Translations under genes and position numbers: made by a program
The notes under the pieces: generated by a model
The model's input: the letters and a program-made list of their open reading frames with translations, nothing else
Databases searched by the model: none
Told to the model about the DNA's origin: nothing
Part shown: positions 10,879 to 21,971 of the stretch, one piece after another
How the letters are laid out: each line of letters begins with the position of its first letter
Position numbering within the stretch: position 1 is the stretch's first letter
NCBI GenBank assembly: GCA_037388025.1
Contig: JARRKO010000011.1
Location: 861-64,860 of the forward strand
Reading direction: 5' to 3'
DNA length: 64,000 nucleotides
Source of the DNA: Syntrophobacterales bacterium
GTDB lineage: Bacteria > Desulfobacterota > Desulfobaccia > Desulfobaccales > 0-14-0-80-60-11

Positions 10879-11625
10879 ATGATTCAGCTGAAATCCCCCC
10901 GGGAAATCGCCAGAATGGAGGTGGCCAACCGCATTGTGGCAGAGACCCTGGAGGAGGTAAAAAGCCAGGTGCGCCCTGGGGTGACCACCCAGGAACTGGA
11001 CGAGGTGGCGGAGGCTTGCTGTCGCAAACACAAGGTGAAGCCGGCCTTCAAAGGTTACCGGGGGTATAAGCACGCGCTGTGCATTGCGGTGAACGAAGAG
11101 GTCGTGCATGGCATCCCGGGGCCCCGGCCGCTTAAAATCGGGGACCTGGTGAGCCTGGATTTCGGGGTCCTCTATGACGGATTTTACGGTGATGCTGCCA
11201 TAACCGTGCCGGTGGGGGAGGTGACGCCCCAGGCCCAGTTGCTGCTGAAAGCCACCGAAGAGTCCCTCTACGCCGGTATCGGCGAGCTGAAAGCGGGGGG
11301 GCGCTTAGGCGATATTTCGCATGCCATCCAGACCACGGTGGAGGGTTATGGCTTTTCGGTGATCCGGCAGTTTGTGGGTCACGGCATCGGCCGTTCCCTG
11401 CACGAGGACCCTCAGATCCCCAACTTCGGGTCCCAAGGCCGGGGGCCGGTCCTCAAGCCGGGGATGACGTTGGCCATTGAACCCATGACCAGCGCTGGTT
11501 CCTGGGAGGTGAAGATTCTCGATGACGGCTGGACCGCGGTGACCTCGGATTACAGCCTGGCGGCCCATTTTGAACATACTGTGGCCCTCACCGAGAAGGG
11601 CGTCTTGATTTTAAGTCGTTTGTAG
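10879..11625 (+). CDS. map: Methionine aminopeptidase, type I
   Basis: NEEVVHGIP, GHGIGRSLHEDP and AHFEHTV motifs. Confidence 0.98.
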   Translation: MIQLKSPREIARMEVANRIVAETLEEVKSQVRPGVTTQELDEVAEACCRKHKVKPAFKGYRGYKHALCIAVNEEVVHGIPGPRPLKIGDLVSLDFGVLYDGFYGDAAITVPVGEVTPQAQLLLKATEESLYAGIGELKAGGRLGDISHAIQTTVEGYGFSVIRQFVGHGIGRSLHEDPQIPNFGSQGRGPVLKPGMTLAIEPMTSAGSWEVKILDDGWTAVTSDYSLAAHFEHTVALTEKGVLILSRL

Positions 11626-11668
11626 GTTATTTTAAATAGTTATAAATTTCATTAAAAAGAACTTGTAG

Positions 11669-11887
11669 ATGCCCAAAGAAGACGCCATTGAAGTTGAAGG
11701 GAGGGTTGTCGAACCGCTCCCCAACGCCATGTTCCGGGTGGAACTGCCCAATGGCCACAAGGTACTGGCGCATATTTCCGGCAAGATGCGGATGCATTAC
11801 ATTAAGATTTTACCGGGAGACAAAGTCATTGTCGAACTGTCACCTTATGATTTGAGCCGCGGACGCATTGTCTATCGCGTGAAATAG
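11669..11887 (+). CDS. infA: Translation initiation factor IF-1
   Basis: [18 protein letters not shown] and SPYDL motifs. Confidence 0.99.
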   Translation: MPKEDAIEVEGRVVEPLPNAMFRVELPNGHKVLAHISGKMRMHYIKILPGDKVIVELSPYDLSRGRIVYRVK

Positions 11888-11896
11888 GAACGGGTC

Positions 11897-12010
11897 ATGA
11901 AAGTAAAGCCTTCAGTGAAAAAGATTTGTGTCAAGTGCAAGATTATCCGCCGTAAAGGAGTGGTGCGGGTGATTTGCGAAAACCCCAAACATAAGCAACG
12001 CCAAGGCTAG
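11897..12010 (+). CDS. rpmJ: 50S ribosomal protein L36 (absent from the ORF track)
   Basis: Manual translation gives [37 protein letters not shown], 37 aa. Confidence 0.97.
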   Translation: MKVKPSVKKICVKCKIIRRKGVVRVICENPKHKQRQG

Positions 12011-12025
12011 GACGGAGGAAGGGAA

Positions 12026-12400
12026 TTGGCCAGAATCGCCGGCATCGACCTACCCCGCAACAAGCGGATCGACATCGCGCTCACCTATATCTATGGCATC
12101 GGCCGGACCACCGCCGGGAAAATCTTGGAAGCGGCGGGAGTGGACGGGGGTGTCAAGACGGCTGAGTTAAATGACGCCCAGATTACCGCCATCCGCCAGG
12201 AGATTGACACCCATTATAAGGTGGAGGGGGATCTGCGGCGCGAAGTGTCCATGAACATCAAACGTCTCATGGATCTGGGAAGTTACCGGGGCCTCCGGCA
12301 CCGCCGGGGTCTGCCGGTGCGGGGCCAGCGGACCCACACCAACGCCCGCACCCGCAAAGGCCCCCGTCGCTCCGTGGTGGGCCGGCGGAAAAAGGGATAA
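12026..12400 (+). CDS. rpsM: 30S ribosomal protein S13
   Basis: [10 protein letters not shown] and [18 protein letters not shown] motifs. Confidence 0.99.
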   Translation: MARIAGIDLPRNKRIDIALTYIYGIGRTTAGKILEAAGVDGGVKTAELNDAQITAIRQEIDTHYKVEGDLRREVSMNIKRLMDLGSYRGLRHRRGLPVRGQRTHTNARTRKGPRRSVVGRRKKG

Positions 12401-12409
12401 GGAACAGCT

Positions 12410-12799
12410 ATGGCCAAGCGACCGGCAAGCAGGAAGAAAAAAGAGCGGAAAAATATCCCCACCGGGGTGGCTCATATCAAAGCCACCTTTAACAATACCC
12501 TGGTAACCATCACCGATCCGGGGGGCAACGTGGTGTCGTGGTCCTCGGCGGGAGTTCAGGGTTTCAAGGGGTCCCGCAAGGGCACCCCCTTTGCGGCCCA
12601 GTTGGCGGCCTCTGACGCTGCCAAAAAGGCCATGGAACACGGCATGCGTAGCGTGGATGTCTACGTCAAAGGACCGGGAGCCGGCCGGGAGGCAGCTCTG
12701 CGGGCCATTCAGGCGGCGGGTCTGTCCGTTAATTTGATTCGGGACGTCAGTCCCATTCCCCACAACGGCTGTCGCCCGCCTAAACGCCGACGCGTGTAG
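12410..12799 (+). CDS. rpsK: 30S ribosomal protein S11
   Basis: [11 protein letters not shown] and [15 protein letters not shown] motifs. Confidence 0.99.
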   Translation: MAKRPASRKKKERKNIPTGVAHIKATFNNTLVTITDPGGNVVSWSSAGVQGFKGSRKGTPFAAQLAASDAAKKAMEHGMRSVDVYVKGPGAGREAALRAIQAAGLSVNLIRDVSPIPHNGCRPPKRRRV

Positions 12800-12816
12800 G
12801 AAAAAGGAGAGAGAAC

Positions 12817-13443
12817 TTGGCGAGAGACACTGGTCCCCAATGCCGCCTCTGCCGACGGGAGAGGATGGCTTTATACCTCAAAGGAGATCGCTGCTATACC
12901 GACAAATGCGCCATCCAGCGCCGCAACTACCCGCCGGGACAGCACGGTCAGGGTCGGGGTAAGATTTCCGATTATGGTCTGCAGCTCCGGGAAAAGCAGA
13001 AGGTAAAGCGCATGTACGGCATCCTGGAGAAGCAGTTCCGGGGCTATTTCGAACGGGCGGAACGCCTGCGAGGGGTCACCGGCACCAATCTCCTGGTGTT
13101 TCTGGAGCGACGTCTGGACAACGTGGTTTACCGTCTGGGCTTTGCCAACTCCCGGGCCCAAGCCCGGCAGTTGGTGCTTCACAACCACGTCCTGGTAGAC
13201 GGCCGGCGGGTGAATATACCGTCTTATCTCGTCAAAGTGGGGCAAACTGTGCAGGTTACCGAAAAATCGCGCAGTTCGGCCATGGTGCGGGACGCGCTGG
13301 AAGCCGCGGCCCGGCGGGGCTGTCCTCCCTGGCTTGAGTTGGAAAAAGAAGAGGCCAAGGGCCGGGTGAGTATGTTCCCCACCCGAGAAGATATTACCAT
13401 GCCCATTCAGGAGCATCTCATTGTCGAGCTGTACTCCAAGTAG
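12817..13443 (+). CDS. rpsD: 30S ribosomal protein S4
   Basis: [21 protein letters not shown] and IVELYSK motifs. Confidence 0.99.
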   Translation: MARDTGPQCRLCRRERMALYLKGDRCYTDKCAIQRRNYPPGQHGQGRGKISDYGLQLREKQKVKRMYGILEKQFRGYFERAERLRGVTGTNLLVFLERRLDNVVYRLGFANSRAQARQLVLHNHVLVDGRRVNIPSYLVKVGQTVQVTEKSRSSAMVRDALEAAARRGCPPWLELEKEEAKGRVSMFPTREDITMPIQEHLIVELYSK

Positions 13444-13562
13444 ATAGGGAGGGGGCTTGACACCATAAGGCGCGTAACCAGCAAAATGTTTTTCTTTTTA
13501 GTCCGGTGGACATTGTCAACAGCCGAGACCTTCTTGCCTGATTAGTGCCAGCCCGAGGAGCC

Positions 13563-14576
13563 ATGATTCACAAGAATTGGACCGAACTCATCAAACCCAA
13601 GCGCCTGGAAGTGGATGCCGATACCCATACCGACAGCTACGGCAAGTTTGCCTGCGAGCCGTTGGAACGGGGTTTTGGCACCACCCTGGGAAATGCGCTG
13701 CGCCGGGTGTTGCTGTCATCCCTTAGGGGTGCGGCCATAACCGGGGTCAAAATCCAGGACGTGCACCATGAATTTTCAGCTATTCCGGGGGTTCTCGAAG
13801 ACGTTACCGAGATCCTGTTGAATTTGAAGCAGGTGCGGCTCAAATTTTTATCAGAAGGGGATAAGACCCTCACCCTGGAGTCCAAAGGGGAAGGCAAGAT
13901 CAAGGCCGGGGATATCCGGACCGACGGCACCGTAGTCATCCTGAACCCTGAGCAGCACATTGCCACCTTGTCCTCGGACGGCCAGTTGAACATGGAGTTC
14001 TTCGCCAGAAGCGACAAGGGTTATATCCCGGCGGAGGTCAACAAAGAAGAATCCCAGCCCATCGGCTATATCCCCTTAGACGCCGCTTTTTCTCCCATCC
14101 GCAAGGTAAATTATGTGGTGACCCAAGCCAGGGTGGGGCAGCGCACCGACTATGACAAGCTGACCTTGGAGGTGTGGACCGACGGCAGCGTGTCCCCCGA
14201 AAGTGCGGTGGCCTTTGCCGCCAAAATCTTGAAGGACCAGTTGACGCTGTTCATCAACTTTGAGGAAGAGCCTGAGAGGATTGAGGAAAAGCTGGAGGAA
14301 CAGCCGGCCATCCTCAACGAAAATCTCTACCGGGGAGTTAACGAGTTGGAACTCTCGGTGCGGGCCGCCAATTGTCTCAGAAACGCCAATATTCGCTGGA
14401 TCGGGGAGCTGGTGCAAAAAAGCGAGCAGGAAATGCTCAAGACTAAAAATTTTGGCCGCAAGTCCCTGAATGAAATCAAAGAGATTTTGCAGGAGATGGG
14501 CTTGCAGCTGGGCATGAAACTGGACAATTTTGTGCCCCCGGAGCAGGTGCCGGAACGAAAGGAAGAAATAGCATGA
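13563..14576 (+). CDS. rpoA: RNA polymerase subunit alpha
   Basis: [34 protein letters not shown] and [11 protein letters not shown] motifs; ATG at 13563 after GAGGAG. Confidence 0.99.
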   Translation: MIHKNWTELIKPKRLEVDADTHTDSYGKFACEPLERGFGTTLGNALRRVLLSSLRGAAITGVKIQDVHHEFSAIPGVLEDVTEILLNLKQVRLKFLSEGDKTLTLESKGEGKIKAGDIRTDGTVVILNPEQHIATLSSDGQLNMEFFARSDKGYIPAEVNKEESQPIGYIPLDAAFSPIRKVNYVVTQARVGQRTDYDKLTLEVWTDGSVSPESAVAFAAKILKDQLTLFINFEEEPERIEEKLEEQPAILNENLYRGVNELELSVRAANCLRNANIRWIGELVQKSEQEMLKTKNFGRKSLNEIKEILQEMGLQLGMKLDNFVPPEQVPERKEEIA

Positions 14577-14971
14577 GACATTTAAAGGCCGGGCGTCGAC
14601 TAGCCCGCACCACAGAACATCGCAAGGCCATGCTCCGGAACCTGGTGACCCAGCTGCTGGAGCATGAGCAGGTGCAAACTACCCAGGCCAAGGCCAAGGA
14701 GGCCCGGCAGTGGGCGGAGAAAATGATTACCCTGGCCAAACGGGGTGACCTCCACGCCCGGCGTCAAACTCTCCAGGTAGTGCGCACCAAAAAAGCCATG
14801 GCCAAACTCTTCGGGGAACTGAAGGATCGTTATCAGGACCGTCCGGGGGGCTATACCCGGATTATTCCCTTAGGTTTCCGGGTAGGGGACGGCGCGCCCC
14901 TCACCCTGCTGGAACTGGTGGGGCGGCCGGAAAAACTCCCCAAGGCCAAGAAGAAGACCAGCGCCACCTGA
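14573..14971 (+). CDS. rplQ: 50S ribosomal protein L17
   Basis: [18 protein letters not shown] and R.GDGAP motifs. Confidence 0.98.
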   Translation: MRHLKAGRRLARTTEHRKAMLRNLVTQLLEHEQVQTTQAKAKEARQWAEKMITLAKRGDLHARRQTLQVVRTKKAMAKLFGELKDRYQDRPGGYTRIIPLGFRVGDGAPLTLLELVGRPEKLPKAKKKTSAT

Positions 14972-15111
14972 GCCCTAGTCCGGAGGACAACGCCACCGGT
15001 AGCGCTGGTCATCACCCTTAACCATTAAAAAAAGTGTTAGAATTGCATTAGGATTTCATTAGAAAGTCGATAGAGAAAAATAAAAAGGCCTTAAACATTG
15101 AATTTGGCCAG

Positions 15112-15139
15112 AGGCGGATTGTAAGGTCCGCCTTTTTTT
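15112..15139 (+). terminator. Intrinsic terminator after the ribosomal superoperon
   Basis: AGGCGGA-ttgtaagg-TCCGCCT stem followed by a T-run. Confidence 0.8.
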
Positions 15140-15234
15140 GTTTTGGTGAAATTTGTATTTATCTATAGTTCATAATTTTACCGGAAAAAGATTTCTCACA
15201 ATCTTTGCTTTTCTGAGTCGGAGCGAAAAAAGGG

Positions 15235-15263
15235 TTGACATAGATCAAAGGCTGTATTAGGCT
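15235..15263 (+). promoter_or_regulatory. Putative sigma-70 promoter for the NlpC/P60 gene
   Basis: TTGACA-N17-TAGGCT. Confidence 0.55.
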
Positions 15264-15377
15264 CGCACAAAGTTACTGTTAAACACTCTTGGCAAAATGC
15301 AGGGCTTGGGGAGGGCTCTGTGTTTGGGGAACGCCGTAAGCCCCTTCCGAATCGACCCATAATCAAGGAGGTGCTGA

Positions 15378-16214
15378 GTGGCGAAAAAACTACTGCTATG
15401 TTCAATCTTGGCCTTAGGCCTCATAATAATACCCGAGGCTGGCTATGCCGTACCCTCTAAACGAGTAAACAAAAAAACCACTACCCTTAAAAAATCCAGC
15501 CGTAGCACCAAATCCAAAAGTAAACGCACGGTGCGTTCTTCCTCCAGGCGGAAAAAGCGGACGTATAGGACCTCACGGCACCGTTCAAGGCGGAGTTATG
15601 GTAATGACTCCACCTATAGCCAGCCCTACAGGGCGGGGATCGGGGAAACCAGGCCTCTCATGAAAGTCATTCCGACCCGGGACGGCCGTTTCCTGCTGGA
15701 GCCCTTGACCCCGAAAAAGAAGGTGGGCCCCTTATCTCGTCCCACTTCCAAACTAAAAGACAAAATGAAGGTCCCCGATGGCCGGGGCTACAACCTTTAT
15801 GAGCCTTGGAATTTTCGGGAACTTGTCCTGACTTTGGCCAAAACCTACTGCGGGACGCCCTACAGCATGGGCAGCAGCTTGAAATACGGCCGGGCCACGG
15901 ATTGCTCCGGCTTTGTGCAGTACATATATCAGGGGTTCAAGATTAATCTCCCCCGTTCCAGCCGGGAACAGGCTCAGGTGGGCAAGGTAGTCACCCGCAA
16001 CATGGATTTTTCCAAAATGGTGCCGGGAGATCTCTTGTTTTTCCGCCGGGGTGGCCACTCAGTGGGGCATGCCGGCATTTATCTGGGGGAAGGCAAGATG
16101 ATCCATGCTTCGAGCCGCGGACGGGGTGTGACCATTACTGACCTCCGCGAGGATTATTATCAAAACACCTTTGTAGTGGCCAAGCGGGTCTTCGAAGTGT
16201 CGTATCTTAAGTAA
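15378..16214 (+). CDS. NlpC/P60 (C40) cell-wall peptidase with signal peptide and basic low-complexity linker
   Basis: DCSGFVQY, PGDLLFF, GHAGIYLG and IHAS motifs; hydrophobic N-terminus; AAGGAGG ribosome-binding site. Confidence 0.92.
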   Translation: MAKKLLLCSILALGLIIIPEAGYAVPSKRVNKKTTTLKKSSRSTKSKSKRTVRSSSRRKKRTYRTSRHRSRRSYGNDSTYSQPYRAGIGETRPLMKVIPTRDGRFLLEPLTPKKKVGPLSRPTSKLKDKMKVPDGRGYNLYEPWNFRELVLTLAKTYCGTPYSMGSSLKYGRATDCSGFVQYIYQGFKINLPRSSREQAQVGKVVTRNMDFSKMVPGDLLFFRRGGHSVGHAGIYLGEGKMIHASSRGRGVTITDLREDYYQNTFVVAKRVFEVSYLK

Positions 16215-16615
16215 GGCCACAAAGAATTTCCTCTCCCCAGTCAATTACCTTAAAAAAAGCCCTCGCCCACGGGAATAATCTAACTCAGCACCCAGCCCAG
16301 GGGGTTGAGTCCGTGGATTTTTTGTCTTTTCCTCTTTTCGCAACGTTCCCAATCAGCTCTTTTTTCTTAAAAGTTGTTGAGTGCAGGAATGATCCTCGTC
16401 CCGGAGTGTCCGCTGTTGACGCCAGCGGAGGGGGGCTCTCTTTTCCGGCCTTAGGGGTGTCCACACACAGGTGAGGATACCTGGGCCATCGGCTTTTTTC
16501 CTGATTTCGAGCGAGCCGCCGGGTCAAGAACGACTGTACGGACAATTATGATAAGTGGACCCCCTCCTACATTTTCACCTCTGGGTTGGGAGAGTGATTT
16601 TTTCCGGGCAATTTC

Positions 16616-16644
16616 TTGACAGATTGTAGTAAACTCAATAGATT
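16616..16644 (+). promoter_or_regulatory. Putative sigma-70 promoter for the aminotransferase-serA operon
   Basis: TTGACA-N17-TAGATT. Confidence 0.6.
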
Positions 16645-16708
16645 AAATATTTTGAGACACTAAATTCTCGGTGTTTTCTCTATTCCCATTTAAAGGTGTA
16701 GGACAACT

Positions 16709-17848
16709 ATGAAAAGACTTCTCATGACTCCCGGGCCAACTCCCGTGGCCCCTGAAACTCAACTGGCGATGGCACAACCGATTCTGCATCATCGCGCTCC
16801 GGCCTTTATGGACATCATGGCCCAGGTGCGAGACGATCTGAAATATCTCTTCCAGACCGAGCAGGAAGTGCTAACCTTTGTGGCCACCGGCACCGGCGCC
16901 ATGGAGGGGGCGGTGGCCAACACCCTGTCCCCCGGCGACACGGCCATGGTGGCGGAGGGCGGTAAATTTGGTGAGCGTTGGGTGGAATTGTGCCAAATTT
17001 ATGGCATCAATGTGGATTTGATCAAAATAGAATGGGGCTACGCGGTGGACCCCCAGGAAGTGGCGCGCCGGCTCGACGCCAATCCGGCCATCAAAGCGGT
17101 CTTCGTGCAGGCCAACGAAACTTCCACCGGCGTGCAGCACCCGGTGCGGGAGCTGGCTGCGGTGGTCAAAGATAGACCGGGCACCATCCTGGTGGTGGAC
17201 GCCATTTCCGCGCTGGGAGGTTATCCTCTGCCCATGGACGAATGGGGCCTGGATATTATGGTAGCGGGCTCCCAGAAGGCTATGATGCTGCCCCCGGGGC
17301 TGGCCTTTGCGGCTCTTTCTCCCAAGGCCTGGGAGTTTGTCAAAACCTCCAAGTGCCCCAAATATTATTTTGACTTTGCTAAGCATCTCAAGTCTCAGCA
17401 GAAGAACCAGACACCTTACACCTCGGCGGTGTCCCTCACCCTGGGACTGCAGTATGTTCTGGCCTGGATCAGAGAACGGGGTCTGGAGCAGGTCTTTGCC
17501 CATAACCGGAAGCTGTCGGAGGCCACCAAGGCGGCCGTCAAGGCCATGGGTCTGGAACTTTTCTCCAAGCAGTATCCTTCGGACGTGCTGACCGCGGTCC
17601 AGGCTCCGGCTGGCATCGATGGCCAGCAGGTGGTGGCCAAGATGCGGGAAAGGGGCATCTGGATCGCTGGCGGCCAGGCCCAGGCCAAAGGTAAGATCTT
17701 TCGTATCGCTCACATGGGCTATATTGATGAGCAGGATCTTATCGGCACCCTCGGGGCCCTGGAAGCCGTGCTCAACAACTTAGGGCACCAAGTGACATTG
17801 GGTGTGGGCGTCAAGGCCGCCCAGGAGATCTTGGGTAAGGAGGCCTAG
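16709..17848 (+). CDS. Class V PLP aminotransferase (alanine-glyoxylate/serine-pyruvate family), probably acting as phosphoserine aminotransferase
   Basis: TPGPT, NETSTGV, VVDAIS, GSQKAMMLPPG and FRIAHMG motifs; directly upstream of serA. Confidence 0.9.
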   Translation: MKRLLMTPGPTPVAPETQLAMAQPILHHRAPAFMDIMAQVRDDLKYLFQTEQEVLTFVATGTGAMEGAVANTLSPGDTAMVAEGGKFGERWVELCQIYGINVDLIKIEWGYAVDPQEVARRLDANPAIKAVFVQANETSTGVQHPVRELAAVVKDRPGTILVVDAISALGGYPLPMDEWGLDIMVAGSQKAMMLPPGLAFAALSPKAWEFVKTSKCPKYYFDFAKHLKSQQKNQTPYTSAVSLTLGLQYVLAWIRERGLEQVFAHNRKLSEATKAAVKAMGLELFSKQYPSDVLTAVQAPAGIDGQQVVAKMRERGIWIAGGQAQAKGKIFRIAHMGYIDEQDLIGTLGALEAVLNNLGHQVTLGVGVKAAQEILGKEA

Positions 17849-17852
17849 ACAC

Positions 17853-19436
17853 ATGAAGGTCCTTATTAGCGATAACCTGCACCAGGCCGGGGTGGACCTT
17901 TTAGAACAGCACCCCAATATTGAAGTGGATTTTCGCCCGGGTCTCAGTCCCGAAGAGCTCAAGACGGCCATCAAGGAGGCCGACGGGCTGGCCATCCGCA
18001 GCGCCACCAAAGTGACCGCTGACCTCATCAATGCCGCCCCCCTCCTCAAGGTCGTCGGCCGGGCCGGAACCGGCCTCGATAATGTGGATATACCGTCGGC
18101 CAGCAAGCGGGGCATCGTGGTGATGAACACCCCGGGGGGCAATACCATCACCACCGCCGAACATGCCATTTCCCTGATGTGTGCTCTGGCCCGGAATATT
18201 CCCCAAGCGGCCCAGACCATGCGGGAAGGCCTCTGGGAAAAGAAAAAATACCAGGGCACGGAAATTTTAAATAAGACCCTGGGCGTCATCGGCTTGGGGC
18301 GCATCGGCCGGGTGGTGGCCGAACGGGCCTTGGGGCTCAAGATGCGGGTTATTGGTTACGATCCGTTCATCACCAAAGAGATGGCCTCGTCCATGGGGGT
18401 GGAATTGGTCAGTTTGGACGAACTGCTGGCCCGCTCCGACTTCATTACGGTCCACACGCCCAAGACCAAGGAAACCACCAAGCTCCTGGGCAAAAAGGCC
18501 TTCCACAAGATGAAACCCGGCATCCGGCTGATTAACTGCGCCCGGGGGGGCATTGTGGATGAGGCGGCCTTGTACGACGCCATCAAGGAAGGCAAAGTGG
18601 CCGCGGCCGCGCTGGACGTGTTTGAGACCGAACCGCCTCCGGCGGATTTCCCCCTGCGGACCCTGCCCAACGTGATTTTAACCCCCCACTTGGGCGCGTC
18701 CACCGAAGAAGCCCAGGCCAACGTTTCCGTGGCGATTTGCGAACAGATCCTGGAGTATCTCTTGTACGGTACCATTATGAACGCGGTGAATGCTCCCTCG
18801 GTCAGCCGCGAGGCCCTGGGGCAGCTGCGGCCTTATCTTACTTTGGCCGAAGGTCTGGGCAGCTTCCTGGCTCAGACCACCGAGGGGGCCATTAGTTCGG
18901 TCTCGGTGGCGTACATCGGCGAAGTTGCCAAACTGGACACCAAGCCCTTGACCCATTCCATCCTCAAGGGTCTGCTCTTTCCCGTAGTGGGCGATGAGGT
19001 AAATTACGTCAACGCCCCCTCGGTGGCGGCTCAACGGGGTATCACGGTAGGTGAAGAAAAAATGGAACTGGTGGAAGACTTCACCAACCTGATTCGCCTT
19101 ACCGTGAGGGCCGGCATGGAAGAGAACATGGTGGCGGGCACCATTTTCGGCAAGTACGAGCCCCGGCTGATACAGATTAACAAGTTTCGCCTGGAGGCCA
19201 TCCCGGAAGGGCACATGCTGTTCCTCTACAATACTGATCGTCCCGGGGTCATCGGCGCCATCGGCACCACCATCGGCAACCATAGTATCAATATCGCCCG
19301 GATGACCGTGGGCCAAGAGAAGGAGCGCGGTCAGAACGTTATTTTGTTGACCACTGATACGCCCCTGACCCCCGAATGTCTCAAGGCGGTTCAGGACCTG
19401 CCCCACGTGGCCATGGCCATTCAACTGGAGTTGTAA
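17853..19436 (+). CDS. serA: D-3-phosphoglycerate dehydrogenase
   Basis: RAGTGLDNVD, GLGRIG and TPHLGASTEEAQ motifs; C-terminal ACT domain; ATG at 17853. Confidence 0.96.
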   Translation: MKVLISDNLHQAGVDLLEQHPNIEVDFRPGLSPEELKTAIKEADGLAIRSATKVTADLINAAPLLKVVGRAGTGLDNVDIPSASKRGIVVMNTPGGNTITTAEHAISLMCALARNIPQAAQTMREGLWEKKKYQGTEILNKTLGVIGLGRIGRVVAERALGLKMRVIGYDPFITKEMASSMGVELVSLDELLARSDFITVHTPKTKETTKLLGKKAFHKMKPGIRLINCARGGIVDEAALYDAIKEGKVAAAALDVFETEPPPADFPLRTLPNVILTPHLGASTEEAQANVSVAICEQILEYLLYGTIMNAVNAPSVSREALGQLRPYLTLAEGLGSFLAQTTEGAISSVSVAYIGEVAKLDTKPLTHSILKGLLFPVVGDEVNYVNAPSVAAQRGITVGEEKMELVEDFTNLIRLTVRAGMEENMVAGTIFGKYEPRLIQINKFRLEAIPEGHMLFLYNTDRPGVIGAIGTTIGNHSINIARMTVGQEKERGQNVILLTTDTPLTPECLKAVQDLPHVAMAIQLEL

Positions 19437-19463
19437 AGGGCTGAGGGTGTAAAGGAGGTTGCC

Positions 19464-19868
19464 ATGACTGAACCGGAGGATAAAGGCTACAAGGTCGAGG
19501 ATCGGCGCTTCCTGCATAAGAGCGAGGAGGAGAAAGCCAAGATCAAGGAAGAGGAGGCGGCTCGTCAGACCGCGACCGACACCGCCCAAGAGACCACCGC
19601 CGAAGCCCCCAAGGACACGCCTCTGCCGGAGATCACCTTTTCCTCCTTCCTCATTTCTCTGGGTTCATCGGCTTTCATTCATTTGGGGGACATTCCCGAC
19701 CCGGCCACCGGGGAAGTCAAAAAAGACATACCCCTGGCCAAGCAGACCATTGATTTGCTGGGATTGTTGCAGGAAAAGACCCGCAACAACCTGCTGGAGG
19801 AGGAAGAGAAGCTCTTCGAGCACCTGCTCTATGACCTCCGTATGCGCTACGTCAGAGAGACGAGCTGA
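19464..19868 (+). CDS. DUF1844-like conserved hypothetical protein
   Basis: LPEITFSSFLISL, HLGDIPDP, AKQTIDLL and LYDLRMRY pattern. Confidence 0.8.
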   Translation: MTEPEDKGYKVEDRRFLHKSEEEKAKIKEEEAARQTATDTAQETTAEAPKDTPLPEITFSSFLISLGSSAFIHLGDIPDPATGEVKKDIPLAKQTIDLLGLLQEKTRNNLLEEEEKLFEHLLYDLRMRYVRETS

Positions 19869-19881
19869 GCGGAGGTAGGGA

Positions 19882-20763
19882 GTGCCGCAGGGACGATGGC
19901 TGTGCCCCGCCAAGGTCAACCTCTACCTCAAGGTCCTCGCCCGGCGGGAGGATGGTTACCACGAGTTGGTCACCGTAATGCAACCTCTCACCCTGGCGGA
20001 TGAACTGCGATTGACGCCGGGGCGGGGCCTGACTCTGGAGTGCGGTCACCCGGAGGTGCCATCAGGCGCGGAAAACCTGGTGTGGCGGGCGGCCCAAGCC
20101 TTCGCCGCGGCCAGCCGACAGGAGCTGCAGGTCCACATTGAATTGGTGAAAAGCATACCGGTGGCTGCGGGCCTGGGGGGCGGCAGCAGCGATGCGGCCG
20201 GAACCTTGCTGGCCCTGAACGAGTTGGCCGGTTATCCGTTGGATTTTGAGGCTCTTAGTCAATTGGGGGCCGAACTAGGGGCGGACGTGCCCTTCTTTCT
20301 GAGGCCTGGCCCCGCCGTGGGGCGGGGAATCGGCACCGACCTGAGTCCCCTTGACCTGCCCCCTTATTGGTATGTATTATGTAACCCCGGTGTGGCCATC
20401 TCCACCCCCTGGGTTTACCACAACTTGAACCTGGACACCCTGGCCCGCCGTGGGGCGCCCTGGCGGGAGGCCTGGGAGGGAGAGCATCCGGAAGACTGGG
20501 TGGCCAATGATTTGGAGACGGTAACCCTCAGTCGATATCCGGAACTTCGGGACACTCTGGAAAGGTTAGGGCGAGCCGGGGCTCGCACCCAGGGTATGTC
20601 CGGTAGCGGTCCCACCTTATTCGGGCTTTTTCTGGAGGCCGAAGCGGCTCGGGTGGCGGCGGCTCGGGTGCGGGAGCAGTTTTCGGGATGGCTGGCAGTG
20701 GCCCGAGGCCTCATTCAGGGTGAAGGGAGGGCCGGCTGGGAGAACCAGGCATGGATAATTTGA
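19882..20763 (+). CDS. ispE: 4-diphosphocytidyl-2-C-methyl-D-erythritol kinase
   Basis: [31 protein letters not shown] and MSGSGPT motifs. Confidence 0.97.
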   Translation: MPQGRWLCPAKVNLYLKVLARREDGYHELVTVMQPLTLADELRLTPGRGLTLECGHPEVPSGAENLVWRAAQAFAAASRQELQVHIELVKSIPVAAGLGGGSSDAAGTLLALNELAGYPLDFEALSQLGAELGADVPFFLRPGPAVGRGIGTDLSPLDLPPYWYVLCNPGVAISTPWVYHNLNLDTLARRGAPWREAWEGEHPEDWVANDLETVTLSRYPELRDTLERLGRAGARTQGMSGSGPTLFGLFLEAEAARVAAARVREQFSGWLAVARGLIQGEGRAGWENQAWII

Positions 20764-21686
20764 AAATATTTAGCGGCAACGCCAACCGGCCCCTGACGGA
20801 GAAGATTTGCCAGTACTTGGGACTGCCCCTGGGAGAGGCCGCAGTGGCGCGGTTTTCCGACGGAGAGAGTTCCGTGGAGTTCCGGGAGAACGTGCGCGGC
20901 GCGGACGTTTACGTAGTCCAACCCACCTCCATCCCGGCCAACGACCATCTGATGGAGCTTCTCCTGATGATCGACGCCTTGCGTCGGGCCTCCGCGGCCA
21001 GCATTACCGCGGTGGTGCCTTATTACGCCTACGCCCGCCAGGATCGTAAAACCTCGCCGCGGGTACCGATTTCAGCCAAGCTGGTGGCCAACTTGCTGAC
21101 CACCGCCGGCACCAACCGACTCCTGACCATGGATTTGCATACCGGCCAGATCCAGGGCTTTTTTGACATCCCGGTGGACCATCTTTACGCCGCGCCGGTA
21201 ATGCTGGAGTATATTCGGGACAACTTCACCGGAGATTTAGTCATGGTTTCTCCGGATGCCGGCGGGGTAGAGCGGGCCCGGGCCTTCGCCAAGCGCCTGA
21301 ACTCCACCCTGGCCATCATCGACAAACGCCGGGAAGCTACGCTCATCAAGGCCATGACCCTGGTGGGCAACGTCTTCGGCAAAGAAGCCGTTATCCTGGA
21401 CGACATGGTGACCACGGGAGCCACCCTCACCAAGGCCGCCGAGTTGCTGGTGCAGCATGGGGCCAGGTCGGTACGGGCCTGCGTCACTCATCCGGTGATG
21501 AGCCGCAATGCGGTGAGCGCGGTGCAGAGCTCCATGCTGCAATCTTTGGTGGTGACTGACACGATTCCCCTCTCCCCGGAAGCGGCGGCTTTGGAAAAAA
21601 TCCGGGTGCTGTCCGTGGCCCCCCTCCTGGGTGAAGCCATCCAACGCATTCACAATCAGGACTCGGTCAGCTCACTGTTCGTCTAG
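20751..21686 (+). CDS. prs: Ribose-phosphate pyrophosphokinase
   Basis: [21 protein letters not shown] and [11 protein letters not shown] motifs. Confidence 0.98.
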   Translation: MDNLKIFSGNANRPLTEKICQYLGLPLGEAAVARFSDGESSVEFRENVRGADVYVVQPTSIPANDHLMELLLMIDALRRASAASITAVVPYYAYARQDRKTSPRVPISAKLVANLLTTAGTNRLLTMDLHTGQIQGFFDIPVDHLYAAPVMLEYIRDNFTGDLVMVSPDAGGVERARAFAKRLNSTLAIIDKRREATLIKAMTLVGNVFGKEAVILDDMVTTGATLTKAAELLVQHGARSVRACVTHPVMSRNAVSAVQSSMLQSLVVTDTIPLSPEAAALEKIRVLSVAPLLGEAIQRIHNQDSVSSLFV

Positions 21687-21800
21687 TTGTGCCGAGAAAT
21701 TAACTAGGGGAGGGGAAGCGCGAGTAGTGGCGCCTTGCTCTCCTCCCCGTTCCTTCCCTCGAAGCAACCTTTGCAAAGCAGTGGTCAGAAGGCTAATTAG

Positions 21801-21852
21801 GTAAGGGTGTGAGGCATAACGCCCTTGAGGGCGCCATGAATGGCGCCCCTAC
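21801..21852. repeat. REP-like palindrome doublet
   Basis: GTAAGGGTGT..ACGCCCT followed by AGGGCGCCAT-GA-ATGGCGCCCCTAC. Confidence 0.7.
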
Positions 21853-21971
21853 GCTTAACTTGCAAAACTTATTTGCAGCTACTCGGCATTATAGGCCTTC
21901 CGTCTGCGTCTAGGCGGTAATGATCTCTGGCATCTCCTGGTAGCTGCTCCAAGTTTTGGTTCGAGCCGTAA

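Noticed and set aside
15265..15377. Possible c-di-AMP (ydaO) or c-di-GMP riboswitch ahead of the NlpC/P60 gene
   Set aside because: Some hairpin potential, but I could not find the conserved motifs of either family.
16285..16545. 86-aa minus-strand ORF or possible ncRNA between NlpC/P60 and the aminotransferase
   Set aside because: TTG start with a poorly spaced ribosome-binding site, no motif and no recognisable RNA signature.
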